64,000 bases of DNA, from positions 169,012,001 to 169,076,000 of the forward strand of contig OZ024741.1 in the NCBI GenBank assembly GCA_964016885.1, written 5' to 3'. Position 1 is the stretch's first letter, and each line of letters starts with the position of its first letter. This DNA comes from Eledone cirrhosa. Taxonomy: Eukaryota. Shown in pieces: positions 15,357 to 28,656 of this stretch. The position numbers and the translations under genes are program-made. A model generated the notes under the pieces. The model saw only the letters and a program-made list of their open reading frames with translations. It did not search any database and was not told where the DNA came from.

Positions 15357-17758
15357 ATGGTGGCTGCCAACTCGTTTTCGAGTACGGCCACTACATTATA
15401 TCCATGTAGGAGAACCCCTACCGATGCGCTGAACGAGTGTGACTTTTTAGTCCAGCCTGTGACTTGAAAACTCTGGTACAAACACTAGACTTGTGACAAT
15501 TATTGACACATAGTGCTGGGCCCATGGTACCATGTGACGACAAGTGCAGAGAGATCTCCAGATATAAAGCAACGCCTGTGCCGTGAAGCTTTTATAGTGA
15601 GCAAAGGCACATACATACATGCATACATACATACATACATACATACATACATACATACATACATACATACATGGTGGCTGCCAACTCGTTTTCGAGTACG
15701 GCCACTACTTTATATCCATATAGGAGAACCCCTACCGATGCGCTGAACGAGTGACTTTTTAGTCCAGCCAGCGACTTGAAAACTCTGGTACAAACACTAC
15801 ACTTGTGACAAATATTGACACATAGTGCTGGGCCCATGGTACCCTGTGACGACAAGTGCAGAGAGATCTCCAGATATAAAGCAATGCCTGTGCCGTGAAG
15901 CTTTTATAGTGAGCAAAGGCACTGCACAAATCCAGTCCCACTCTCTTAACCAAGATGATATTTACCAAAAAGAAGAACAAGTCAACATCATTGGATACCA
16001 TCAGGGTTGCAGGTGTTATATCAGAGTTTTCCATCTCCTAGAATTCTGCCTTGACAAAGGCTAAGGGGTCATCTCTCCCGGTGATTTTGGATGGCCATTG
16101 ACTCTTAAGAGCTCCTTTGCCCTTTGACAGGTTTTGTTTTTAGTCCTGCAGGATGTCCAAAGTCACCCTCCTCACCAAGAAACCTTGGTGGGGTTGCCAG
16201 TTTAGTCGCCAACGACCCGACCATGGGTCAGGTTGTACTGGGATACATGTTACCAGTAGCACCAACTGGTGACCTGACATAAATACATACATACATACAT
16301 ACATACATACATACATACATACATACATACATACATACATACATACATACATACATGATGGCTGCAACTCGATTTCGAGTAATGCCTTCGCTTGATACTT
16401 AAACATGAGCGTCACGGATGTGGCTTTTTAGTCTTGTTAAGAACTGCCCTATGACCAGCAATACCATGCATCGCAAAAGTGTCACATATCAAGCGATGCT
16501 TGTGTTTGAAGCTTTTTTAAGCTGCACAGAGCCAATCCCACTCTCTGAACATCGAGTGCGTCTATCCAAAAATAAGAATTTGGATACAAATGAAGAAGCA
16601 GGTTTTATACCAGAGTGACCTTTTCCTAGAGAGATGTCTTAATGAAGACTAAGAGTCTCTTGCTAAAAAAAAAAAAAAAAAACTTTATTGAATGGCAGTT
16701 GACTCTCCTGAGTTCCTCCGCTCGTTGACGGGTTTTGTTTTTCATCCTGCAGGGTGTCCAAAATCACCCTCTACATACATCGTATGCTCGTGTTCGAGCA
16801 TTGCTATCGCCCGATAAAATGCAAAATATTGTAGGCTCTTCTGGGACTTTCCATTGCTTTGTTCTGACTGTGTATTTTCATGTCTTTTAAGACTTCCCAT
16901 GCTTGCACATTGCTTGCCATATTTCTTACACCTTTTCAGATCATAATCTACATGGGGTCTACTGATATGACTTTGTTCGTGTCTAATCAAACCAGCTTTA
17001 ATTAGAGAAACGAAACCACGGTGCTGACAAACCAGATGATGCTAAACAGCAGGCAGTTCAGAACGGAACAGAACAGACCAGAACATACATACATACATAC
17101 ATACATACATACATACATACATACATACATACATACATACATACATACATACATGGTGGCTGCCAACTCGTTTTCGAGTACAGCCACTACTTTATATCCA
17201 TGTAGGAGAAACCCTACCGATGCGCTGAACGAGTGTGACTTTTTAGTCCAGCCAGCGACTTGAACACCCAGGTACAAATACTACACTTGTGACAATTATT
17301 GACACATAGTGCTGGGCCCATGGTACCATGTGACGACAAGTGCAGAGAGATCTCCAGATATAAAGCAATGCCTGTGCCGTGAAGCTTTTATAGTTAGCAA
17401 AGGCACTGCACAAAGCCAGTCCCGCTCTCTTAAGCAAGATGATATTTACCAAAAAGAAGAACAAGTCAACATCATTGGATACCATCAGAGTTGCAGGTGT
17501 TATATCAGAGTTTTCCTTCTCCTAGAATTCTGCCTTGACAAAGGCTAAGGGGTCATCTCTCCCGGTGATTTTGGATGGCCATTGACGCTTAAGAGCTCCT
17601 TTGCCCTTTGTCAGGTTTTGTTTTTAGTCCTGCAGGATGTCCAAAGTCACCCTCCTCACCAAGAAACGTTGGTGGGGTTGCCAGTTTAGTCGCCAACGAC
17701 CCGACCATGAGACAGGTTGTACTGGGATACATGTTACCAGTAGCACCAACTGGTGACA
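15357..17758 (-). mobile_element. Head-to-tail stack of non-autonomous RTE-derived elements: 15357-15610, 15671-16279, 16356-16770 (diverged), ~16775-17080 (diverged), 17153-17758
   Basis: Repeated ~600-bp unit with RTE-like 5' part (ggcgactaaactggcaacccc), a zinc-finger remnant CSVCTRVFKSLAGLKSH, and 3' end ctcgaaaacgagttggcagccacc followed by (ATGT)n. Confidence 0.85.
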
Positions 17759-17774
17759 TACATACATACATACA

Positions 17775-17940
17775 TGATGATGGCTGCCCCCTCGTTATCG
17801 AGTATGGCCACTGCACGAGGAGAAAGAAAAAAAAATAATAATAATAATAAATAAATAAAAAAAATAAAAATAAAAAAAATAAATAATAAAAAAAAATAAA
17901 TAAAAAATAAAAATAAAAATAAAAATAAATAAATAAAAAG

Positions 17941-17971
<31 letters not shown>

Positions 17972-19141
17972 CATATATACACACACACACACATACTCAC
18001 ACACATATACACACATACATTAATAACAATAATAATAATAATAATAATAACAACAATAATAATAACGACAACAACAATAATGATATACATATACATATAT
18101 ATACACACACATAAGCATATCTACACACACACACACACACGATAGCAACTAACAGCGCTGCGATCGAATGTGGATTTTTAGCCCAGCCAATGATCTAAAA
18201 CGTCTTGCACAGAGTCGGCAACCAAAACATTCACTGGGAATAGTCGGCTGTGGTTGGAGTTCGTGTACTTTTGCATGTCGCTTGAGCCCTCCTGCTGATT
18301 TACATTCTCTACCACATGTTTGGCAAGCATGATGAGTAGCATCTCCAACAGCAGCCTGGTAGTCAACCACTGGTCTTTCTTTATGACTGCGAAGATGACT
18401 TTCGAGTCCAGCTTTGCTTAGGCAGAGTCTCGCACATACGCTGCATGTCAGCACCATAGGAGGACCCTCGCCGTCTGGAAGTGCAACAGCAATGCCCTTC
18501 CTCACATCCCGTTTTACTTTCTCGTATGCGATTCGAGATGCCTCAAAGGCAACTTTTCCCTCATATAGAGTCTTTCTCTATTTATTACGATCAGCAGCAA
18601 TATTCTCCCATGTATCAGCAGAGATGTTAGCGTCTTTCAGAGAGGCTTTCAAGGAATCCTTATACCTCTTTTTTGGTTTATGTGGCGGTCGTTTTCCTTT
18701 AACCATCTCTCCATAAAAGAGTTGTTTTGGTATTCTAGAATCCTTCATCCTGGCAAGGTGACCACTCCAACGGCGTCGTTGCTTAAGCACAAGAGCTTCT
18801 ATACTGTCACACATAGAGCTTTCCAAAATCTCGACACCACTGATGTGGTCCCTCCAGTGAACGCCATGGATCCGTCTGAGACACATCTGATGGAAACGCT
18901 CCAATTGCTTAAGGTGCCTTGTACACCTTTACCTTTGTCCTCCTGCATATGTCTCGCCGACCCCAGAGTCGCCTTTCTAGCTTTCCGAAAGCATCACTTG
19001 CTTTCCTAATCCTAAGTGAGATTTCACTGTCAAGGTTGCCGTATCGATTGACAGTGCTTCCCAGGTAGACAAACTGATCAACCATTCCAAGTCGTTTGCC
19101 ATACACATAGATGTTTGGTTCAGTGTACTGCTTACCAGGGA
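17775..19141 (-). mobile_element. RTE-clade LINE 3' fragment with C-terminal C2H2 zinc fingers
   Basis: [22 protein letters not shown]; FHQMCLRRI..RWSGHLARM..RIPKQLFYGE..RYKDSLK; three CxxC..H..H/Q fingers; 3' end followed by (ATGT)n. Confidence 0.9.
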
Positions 19142-19215
19142 CATACATACATACATACATACATACATACATACATACATACATACATACATACATACAT
19201 ACATACATACATACA

Positions 19216-22101
19216 GCCTTAATGTCAGTAATAGACCATACAACACCAGAATCAGTAAACAACCCACTAAATAGGAATTGGAAGCAGTAAACGAAATAGC
19301 TGACTATTATCTGAAGGCCACACGATCCAAAGGTGTGGAAACGATATATGAATTGCTTAATATTTTGTTATGTTTCGGCTATCAAATTACAAACCTATCA
19401 TAAACAACTAAAAACACGCAACCGAGATACAAACAGAAAGCCTGAACCAGCGTGCATGCGTAATTTAAAAAACAAAATGTTATGCCTGAGACGAAGTATC
19501 TCACAGAACACTGTAATTATCAAATGCAACATACAGAGCAACTTCACACGACATCAGGAGGTCGTAAGAAAAAAAGTAGAGAGGCGATTTGGAGATACGA
19601 GATTTATAACTCTAAACTCCAAACTACACCATTTGAAACAACAACTCACATCTGCAGCAGAAAGACTAAAATATAGCACATAAACGGCAAGTGTTAAATA
19701 GATTATTTGCCAGAGATCCTAAATCAGTTTATCGCAGCTTCAATGGGAAAAGCTCAATCTCTGTAAATGACACCCCCTACAAAAGAACAGGCTGAGAGCT
19801 ACTGGAGATCTGTATGGGAAACGAATGACGGATTTAGCAAACAAACTAAATGACTAAAAGAACTGGAACAGGAACACTGCCAGCATGTCCAGACAAAACA
19901 ATATGACGTAGATGGGCCAATACTGGAAACAGCTCTACAGAAAATGTCGAAGAGGAAATCACTAGGCCCAGACCTCATAACAGGATACTGGTTGAAGAAT
20001 TTCACCTTCTATCGGCAAGATCTCATAGAGCTGTTTAGAGAAACCATCAAAGGCACACAAGAACTGCCCCAATGGTTATCAACTGCCACTACTCTCCTCA
20101 TCCCTCAAAATAGTCAGATCACCCTTGCTGAACATTGCCGCCCAATAATCTGCCAGAACATCATGTGCGTTAATCTGTTCTTACAGGATCATCGTGCCAC
20201 CAACAAAATTATAACACCTGAGAAAGCTGGGGGAAACAAATAAAATGATACAGAAAAAAACAGCAAAGAGTCGCAGGAACATGACTGTGGTGTGGCTTTA
20301 CTATCAGAAAGCTTTTGATGGTGTACTTCATGGGTAGATTATTAAGGCTTTGCAGTTAGCCAAAGTCCCACAACCACTAATAGAAGAACTGGTACACCAA
20401 TTTGATCCTTAGGGGTGAGAAGGAGCAAATTAAGACTGATACAATACACTAGCAGAAAGGTATCTCTCAGGGTGATAGCTTATCAGTGCTGCTCTTCGTC
20501 TTCTCACTAAACCTACTATCATACCTGCTCACAAAACAAAGTGGGTCCAGAAGTATCTCCCATCTTTTCTTTGTTGATGATCTGAAGTTGTATGGGCCAA
20601 ATATCAACTATATTAAAAAACAATTGGACTTCATTACATTATTTTCTGCAAACATCAGAATGAAATTTGGTGAGTCCAAATGTGCATATTTGACAGTAAA
20701 ACGTGGAAGGGCTGTGCCCTCCTCTGAAAATCTAGAGATGAAAGGTTTGACAATACAACTTCTACAGTCAGGTGACAACTACAGATATCTTGGACAGGAT
20801 GAGAATATCAGATATGATGGACCCATAAATACGGAGAAAACCAGAACTGAATACCTCCGGAGAGTAAGGAAAATATGGTCATCTGAACTATCAGCGTACA
20901 ACAAATACATTGCCCACAATACGTATGTTGTGCCAATCCTAACGCCAATATTTGGCCTGCTAAACTGGTCATTACCAGAACTAAGTGAGATGGATGTAAG
21001 AACTCGCAAGCTTCTCAGTGTTACTGGAAACTTTAACATCAATGGTGATGTGGATAGGCTATACTTCTCACGCAAGGAAGGTGGCCGGGGTCTAAAATCT
21101 GTATTAACATGATACGAGACCCGAATAGTAACACTGACGCAATATCTTTAGCAGAAGAAAATAGTCAGCAACCATCTTGCCCAGGTCTATGAACATGAAG
21201 GAAATAATATCATTAGGATAGCCACTGATCTGGGGTTAGAAATATGGAATAAGGCCTTATATAGATCTCTCTTCCAGGTAAATTAGATCCTATTCAATGT
21301 TCGAACAAGATAAAAAATAGACCAATTCACAGAGAAAGTTGTGCATGGGTATCTAGACGAAAACCACAGACCATAGAGGGGATAAATCATCATCGAAAGA
21401 GCCTGGCATGGAGTTCCGACAAGTTTATGACATCCCACTTTGAAGGATATTTCTATGCAATACAGGAACAAGAAATCCCTACCAAATGTATGCTACACAA
21501 AAGAGGCGGACCATCAGTCGACAATAAATGTAGGCTTTGTAAAACAAAGATCGAAGATGTTAGCCACATTGTTGCCAACTCTGAAAGAATGTCGCCTCAC
21601 CACTACCTCCCTATGAGACACGATGTGATAGCTAGAACCATCTAGAGCCCACTTAGTAAAACAAGATTGAAAACAAATGATGAGGAATATGTTGAGATAG
21701 ATGGCACTAAAGAATACTTGTGGAACCTGAAAATAATAACTGCCACCAAATTAAAGCACAACCGACCTGATATTGTTGTTTGGGACCACACATTGAACAC
21801 GTGCTCTGTTGTAGAGATCAGCTGCCCACTAGATATCAACGTTGTAATAAAAATAGAAGAGAAGGAGGACATCTACGGACCATTGATGAGGTGTTTGCAG
21901 ATCCAGTATCCAAGATACACCTTCAGCTTCATACCCATTATTATTGAAGCTACAGGTTATATACCAGCCCGCTTGGACCAAAGTATAACTGAACTTTGAT
22001 TTGTGGATAAAGAGTGCAACTCCGTAATTCATAGTCTACAAATGGCTGCGATGGCTGGCACCTTCAAAATTTGCAAATCATTCTTGCCATTCAAGGGATG
22101 A
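19216..22101 (+). mobile_element. Decayed R4/Dong-like non-LTR retrotransposon (RT, CCHC finger, REL endonuclease)
   Basis: GPDLITGYWLK; QGDSLS; HLFFVDDLKLY; RLYFSRKEGGRGL; CRLC..HI..RHD; RPDIVVWD..VEISCP..KEDIY. Many stops and frameshifts. Confidence 0.9.
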
Positions 22102-22109
22102 CAATTTAT

Positions 22110-22280
22110 TTTCTGGGGGAAGTCGATTAAATCGACTGGTACTTTATTTTATAGTGTGTTACGGGTACTTTATTTTATCGACCCCGTAAGGATGAAAGGC
22201 AAAGCTAACCTCGGCGGTATTTTAACTCAAAATGTTATGGGCCGTAACTCTATGCTGCAAAGCGTGTTGTCCGACGCCCT
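22110..22280 (-). mobile_element. tRNA-derived SINE copy
   Basis: Same core as 11692-11883. Confidence 0.85.
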
Positions 22281-22829
22281 ACCGATACAGCCATTCCACC
22301 CTTATATTAATGATTCGCATTAGCATGAAGTCACAAAGTAGGGGTAGAGACAATAAATCAGGTAACGAGAGGAATATAGTCAATCCAGCCAACTGCAGTC
22401 ACTGTTTTACAAGAAGTGATGTATTAAGAAAGCTGTGGTAACTTGGCTATAAACAACAGCCTCTATTATTAATATCAAGGACCCCAAATTAATTGCCACC
22501 ATAAAAAAATATATCATACCAAGATGAATCTCATAACAAAGAGAGAAGGGAAAGCAAGTATGACGAAATTTGTTGTTTACAATGATGTATGATTGCACTT
22601 CATTGCAAGGACCCGGAAAAAATGCTCAGTCAGGGGCCCTATGTAAGTGCAATCCACCCCTGAATACAGGTATTATTTTTTTTGTTTTTTTTTTTGCAAA
22701 GGCATGTGGTTTAGTGTTAGACGTGGTTAAGACGTTGGACTCATTATAGTAACACCGTGGGTTCGATTACTGGACCGAATGGTATATTATGTTATTGAGC
22801 GACACATTATTTTAGGTTTCTTTTCATGA

Positions 22830-23075
22830 TAGGAGGCCAATTAAACTTACATAGATATGAGTTGTAACAACAAGATAGGCTGGGACCCTTACTAAAACAC
22901 TCACGAAACCGCAAATGAGTTAAAACCTCATATGAGACCAGTTAAATCTATACAGATGTCAGTTGTAACAACAACAACATAATAGAACCGGAGAGTTCCT
23001 TTCATTAAAACATTCAAGAAACCTCCCAGTAAATATAACCTCGTAGGAGGCCAGCTAAACCAACAAAATGTATGC
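22830..23075. repeat. Three degenerate tandem repeats of ~85-125 bp
   Basis: Recurring taggaggcca.ttaaac..agat.t.agttgtaacaacaa. Confidence 0.55.
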
Positions 23076-23704
23076 TGTTAGTTTCATATTTTTATTATCA
23101 CTTATTTTATTAATCCGGCAGGGATGAAGGTCTGAGCTGGAATGTGATGATAGATTTTTATGCCACAATGCTTATGCCCAAATAACGGAGCCTTTATGCA
23201 TTTTATGAGCCTGCTGTAAACAATGAATTCTCCCACAAGCGGGCCTCTCACCAAGGAAGAGGGGCACTGAATGGCACTACCCTACCCAGCCACTTTCAAT
23301 GGTCCACCTTGAGATTTAGAAAACAGAGTTTATAAAAATGTCTGTAAATATCTTTCTTGAATTAGAGTGCCCATCCCCACTTATAAGCACCAAAACCTGG
23401 GGACGGGCATGCCCCCAAATCACATCTTATCGACTTAGAAAAGAAAAGACACATTTCATGATATTATCCTGGGAGTTCTGGAACCGCGGGTGGATCTAGT
23501 TATACTACTTGATTCGGGATTTAATGTGTGTTAATAACAACAACAACAAATGTAACGGCATTACACTAAGCACCACTCCATATTTAGTCATCTTATCTGC
23601 TGTTTCTGCCATATGCATGTGTGTGTTAGTGTCTGTGTGTATCTGTATGTCTGTGCGTCTATATGTGTGTGTCTGTGTGTGTCTGTGTGTGACTCTGCAA
23701 CTGT

Positions 23705-23888
23705 GTGGATTGGCAGTATCGGTAGAGGATCGGACGCCCTGCTTTGACGCATAGAGTTACGGCCCTTGCCATTCTGAGTTCAAATCCCGCCAAGGTTAAC
23801 TTTGCCTTTCATCCTTACGGGGTCGATAAAATAAAGCACCATTAATGTACTGGGTTATTGCTGGCCTTGTGCCAAAAGTAGAAACAAT

Positions 23889-23889
<1 letters not shown>
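23705..23889 (+). mobile_element. tRNA-derived SINE copy
   Basis: TGGCAGTATCGG..GAGTTCAAATCCC..core. Confidence 0.9.
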
Positions 23890-23937
<48 letters not shown>

Positions 23938-24135
23938 CTGTGTGTGTTAGTATCTCTATGCGTCTGTGTGTCAGTATGTCTGTGTATCTGTATGTATGAG
24001 CGTATGTGCATGTAAGACAGGTGTACCAGTATGTTTGTGTGTGACTGTATGTCTGTGCATCTGTTCTATATGTATACATGCGTGTGTGTGTGTGTATGCA
24101 ACACTGTGAATGTACATCTTTGTGTCTGTGTGACT

Positions 24136-26419
24136 TTAACCCTTTTGATACTAACCCATGTGAAACCGCCCTGGATTTATGACACAAAACTCCTCATTTT
24201 AAAATGTGTTTCTTCATATTAAAACCTTCCATCATAATTTTATTTTAGAAATTTTTAAGTAATGTTCTAACTATCAGATTAGTAATGAAAAACAGTTTGA
24301 TTAAATTCCTCCAAATCTTTGATTATTTTCAAAATTAATCGGGCCTAAAGATCAATTCGTTCAAGTCAGAAGGCGCGAACGTCAATTACGAGGCAGAGGA
24401 CTTCGTGGCCTCGGTCTCGAACGTACAATCGTTACTCCACCAGGTGCTGGTGACCCTATGGAAGACGTACTTATCGTCGGTTCGCTGATCCTCCCGCTTA
24501 CCATTCACTCTACCCCCAAAAAAATAAATGGGACGCCATCCAGTGCAACATGACCTCAGGCAGGTTGGTGCACCAGCACGACCAGCACCGTCTGACATGT
24601 TTTCGCCTGGCCTCCCAACTCTACAGTTGTGCCTGGCTCAATGCAGTTCCCACCTTTGCGGCTGGTTCTCAACTAGATAGTGACTGCTTGCACATCGTTG
24701 TTTCCCCGAGGCTCGGCCTCCGAGTAGGTGAGCCTCGCAAATGCCGCTACGGTTCAACTGTGGAGCTTTTCGGTCTCCACCCAATCTGGCCGCCTCCCAC
24801 GCCATGTGGCTCTCAACGAGATCATAAAGCATTGCCTGGATGGCGCAGGCTTCCCTTTCTAGCTTGAGCCAGCGAGGCTGGACTGAGGGGACGGCAAAAG
24901 GCCTGGCGACATGGCAATCTTCCCGTTCCGCGGTGGGTAGGCCTCTCATCTGGAATGCTACATGCTGTAACTTCTTCTCTAGCGGCAACCTGGTGTATTC
25001 GTCTAACAGTCAAGATTTCGATGCCCGCCAGTCCGAAGAAGGCAAAGTGTCTAAGTATCGGCCGCTCTCTGATAGGTTTGTCGTAGAGTCTGGAGCAGTG
25101 GAGACTTCCGGTGTTCTTGGCCCCCGGACCACACCCCAGCTCACGGCTTTCGGAAATGGATTATCCGCCCGCATATGCGAACCCTGCTAGGTGGAGTGGC
25201 TGATCTAGCGCATCTCCCTCGCCGTCATCCGGGACAATGTATTCTCCATCTTGTCGACCGGGACCAAGAGGTGGAGGGTAAGATAGTTGAAGGTGGAGAA
25301 TTTTGTTCTGACGTCACACATATACATACACTTTTAGAATAACCATAGGAATTTCAGTAGTAACAAGACCAATCAAAACACATAAACAGTGTATTTCATA
25401 GGAAATATGGTAATGAAAGGCTTAAGTCTGTATAATCACCTGAAAGAAATTCTACAAGACAACAAAACTGCCATAGGGTCCCAAGATGTGGAAATTCCTC
25501 ACAAAGTTTAAAGTGGGAGATAATAGGCCTTTTGAGAAGGGAGGGGGAATCAGATATTCACTGACAGGTCCTGTATGTGTATCATTGGGACACAGGGGTT
25601 ATGTGAGTGTCATTGGAAAATTTAGAAGCATTTATAAACGTTGTAGGCAACAAAGAAGCTCAGATACGAATATAGTCTTGTTCACCGTGTCTATTTAAGC
25701 CTTTTGATACCAACCCCATGAAACTACACCTGGTTCTATGACGCATAGCTGCCTATTATAAATTGTTTGTATTTATCTATAAAAAACTTCCATCTTAATT
25801 TTATGTAAAAACTTTTGTTAATTTATGCTCCAAACGCCAATTTAATAAGAAAGCTATTTGCATTAGTAAATCACTCCAATTACTTGATTATAATCAAAAT
25901 CATTATAGGCATAAAACAGTTAAAGTATATATATTTATTTATGATCGTAGTGTTAAACATCAAAATGTTGTACAAAAACTTTTAAGTTGAATTCCAATCA
26001 CCCGTTGAGGGATGTTAAGCATTTGGTTGATAATAAATAAATCTGTTTTTACATGGATGGTCTAATTTAGATTAATAACGAGAAAGTTTATATTACTAAA
26101 TCAATCCAAGTTCTTGATTATTTGCAAAATGATTTGAAATTATAGGCACTGTCTTGCATTAGACATATAGTAAGGAAAAGGGTTAATTCTTTTGATGCCA
26201 AACGTTTTGAAACTACTCCTAGTTATGATACAAAATTGTGCATTTTAAAAACCTTTCCATCATAATTGTATGTTAGAAATTTATTAAGTTATGTTCTAAA
26301 TACCAGGTTAATGATGAGAAAGGTATATTAGTAACACCATCAACATTCTTAATTATTTTCAAAGTTTACTGAAAATCATAGACAGTCTTTTATTAGAAAT
26401 AAGGTAGCGAAAGGGTCAA
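24136..26419. mobile_element. Three piggyBac-like MITE copies (24136-25425 interrupted, 25695-26186, 26183-26419)
   Basis: TTAA-CCCTTTTGATAC type left ends, AAAGGG-TTAA type right ends, homologous internal blocks. Confidence 0.6.
24540..25270 (+). mobile_element. Decayed CRE-like non-LTR retrotransposon 3' end (REL endonuclease)
   Basis: AWLNAVP..RLGLRV..C; LIWNATC..ARQSEEGKVSKY..AVETSGVLG. Confidence 0.7.
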
Positions 26420-26762
26420 CAGGATTAGAGAGCAGATCAATAAAATGCTTGTGACAGATCTATATGGAATCGTATCATGCATATATAAAATGCTGGGAAG
26501 AGGAGAGAAAGAAAAGAGAAAAGATGAAGAGGGAGAAAGAGAGAAAGGGATAAGTAGGACAGAGAGAAATAAATGGACAGATATGCGTAAAATGCATTTT
26601 GAATAAAAGATGAGGATGTAAATATTTCAGCATGGTGAACTGAGAGATAAATACATCGGTGTATGTTATATGTGTTATGTGTGTGCCTGATGTTAGGTAT
26701 GTATGTATATCTATATATGTGCAGCGATTCTTTGCTTAAACTTTAATCTGTTATTTTAATAA

Positions 26763-26841
<79 letters not shown>

Positions 26842-26955
26842 CACATATATATTTAGAAAGAAATAAGTAGATAGCTAGAAATGATACATACATATACATA
26901 TTCACTCGCGCGCACACATATATACACAGGCACATTCGACTCTCTCCTTCTCTCA

Positions 26956-27010
<55 letters not shown>

Positions 27011-27051
27011 TATGGCGACTACCAGGTCGCCCATGAGTCTCGATTACGCGT

Positions 27052-27098
27052 TGATACCTACATTTTGCGTTTCAGACACGAGTCCTTTATCAGAATAT
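27052..27098 (-). ncRNA. Degenerate hammerhead-like motif
   Basis: atatt-CTGATAA-aggactcgtgtct-GAAAC-gcaaaat-GTA-ggtat. G8A change is not compensated. Confidence 0.35.
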
Positions 27099-27151
27099 AG
27101 AATAAGAAATAAAAGATGAAATAGAAAAATAGAGAGTGAGAAGGGGAAGGA

Positions 27152-27195
<44 letters not shown>

Positions 27196-27199
<4 letters not shown>

Positions 27200-27603
27200 C
27201 GGGTAAAATCCCCGAGATCCATGGACGAGTTCTCTCCAGCGGTCTCTGTCCCTCATTATCGCTGCCATGTCCTGCGTCTCCAACAGACCAGTGTCTGTCC
27301 TTAGGGCATCAATATGCGTTAACCTTAGTCTTCCTCTTCCAGTGTGTCCATGTAGGGGGCTCCCACAGGAGTACTGGGTGCAATGTCAACTCTGGATGTC
27401 GGTGAGCATGTCCAGCTAACCTCAGTCTCCTCTGTGTCACTTTTGAGCTGACTTTTGGGAGGTTCCCATACAGCTCTGAGTTTTTCATCCTCAGTGTATA
27501 CTGATTAATGTTCAGAGCCATCCTCAGCATTCTCGTGTAGCACCCATCCACCATCTGAGTGAGTTTCTTGGTCAGTGTCCAAGTCTCAGACCCGTACAGC
27601 AGC
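27196..27603 (-). mobile_element. RTE/RTE-X-like LINE 3' fragment (same family as 47476-48812)
   Basis: [33 protein letters not shown]. Confidence 0.92.
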
Positions 27604-27608
27604 ATATA

Positions 27609-28476
27609 TCTATATATATAATTCCCGTTCTGTGTGTGTGTAAAAGAGTTTCACTTGGAAAATATTCCATCGATCTCTATCAAATTAAACACATAGCCAA
27701 AATAGGCTACGGTTTGTAACATCAAGAAAAAATTATTTCATAATGATTAATTTCGAAGTCACAAACTTCGTTTTTATAATCTTATAGACTTTTGCACTAA
27801 CAAATTCCATGACGGCCATAAAGAGAGAGAGCGTTCCTTTTACACACTTCTTAACTCTCCCCCTTCCACAACACGACGTTATGGGATTGTATGTGTATGT
27901 GTGTGTGTATATGTGTGTGTATGTGTTTGTGTGTGTATGTGTGCGTGCATGTGTGTGTGTGTGTGTGTGTGTGTAATTTCCATAACGGCCAGAGAGAGAA
28001 GGATGTGTGAGAGGGAGATAGAAAGAGAGGAGTGAGAGAGAGAGAGTAAAATAAAGAAAGAGAGGAGTGTGTGTGAGCGCGAATATGATAAATACAGCGT
28101 TTATAATTTTAACTTATTTATTACACTGCTTAACTCTCCCCCTTCCACAACGTCACGTCTTGGGATTGTGTGCGTATGTGTGTGTGTGTATGTGTGTGTG
28201 TTTGTGTGTGTATGTTTGTGTGTGTATGTGTTTGTGTGTGTGTGTACATGATGGATGTTTTAAAATACACATTGTTCAACCGACACGGCTAACGATACAT
28301 TTCTCTATGTTCACATTTTAATGACACATATCTGTAAATAAAACTTGCTCTTTTTGAATACCGTCTCGTTTTTTTTATTGAAAGAGTTGATCAGGTAAAA
28401 TTATCCTCCAAGTTAAACATACAACACGGAAATTGACCATTAACATTGCAGCCCTACCAAGAACTGACATTTGCTA

Positions 28477-28477
<1 letters not shown>
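27609..28477 (+). mobile_element. Probable non-autonomous Helitron
   Basis: Starts TCTATATATATAAT, ends CTAG followed by T. Internal duplication ~27840-27930 and 28120-28240. Subterminal hairpin is weak. Confidence 0.45.
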
Positions 28478-28553
<76 letters not shown>

Positions 28554-28590
28554 ATTAAATAAATGGAAACTATATTTATAAAACCATATT

Positions 28591-28656
28591 TATTTCATTA
28601 TATATATTTCAGGGATATCATATTAACAATATGCTATGCCTTCCTCAGACAAAATA
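28591..28656 (-). ncRNA. Type-I hammerhead ribozyme (family E)
   Basis: Reverse complement of 31174-31239. Confidence 0.8.

Noticed and set aside
15340-19215. Repeat-spacer pattern resembling a CRISPR array
   Set aside because: The repeats are variable-length microsatellites, the spacers are homologous retroelement copies, the context is eukaryotic and no cas genes are present.
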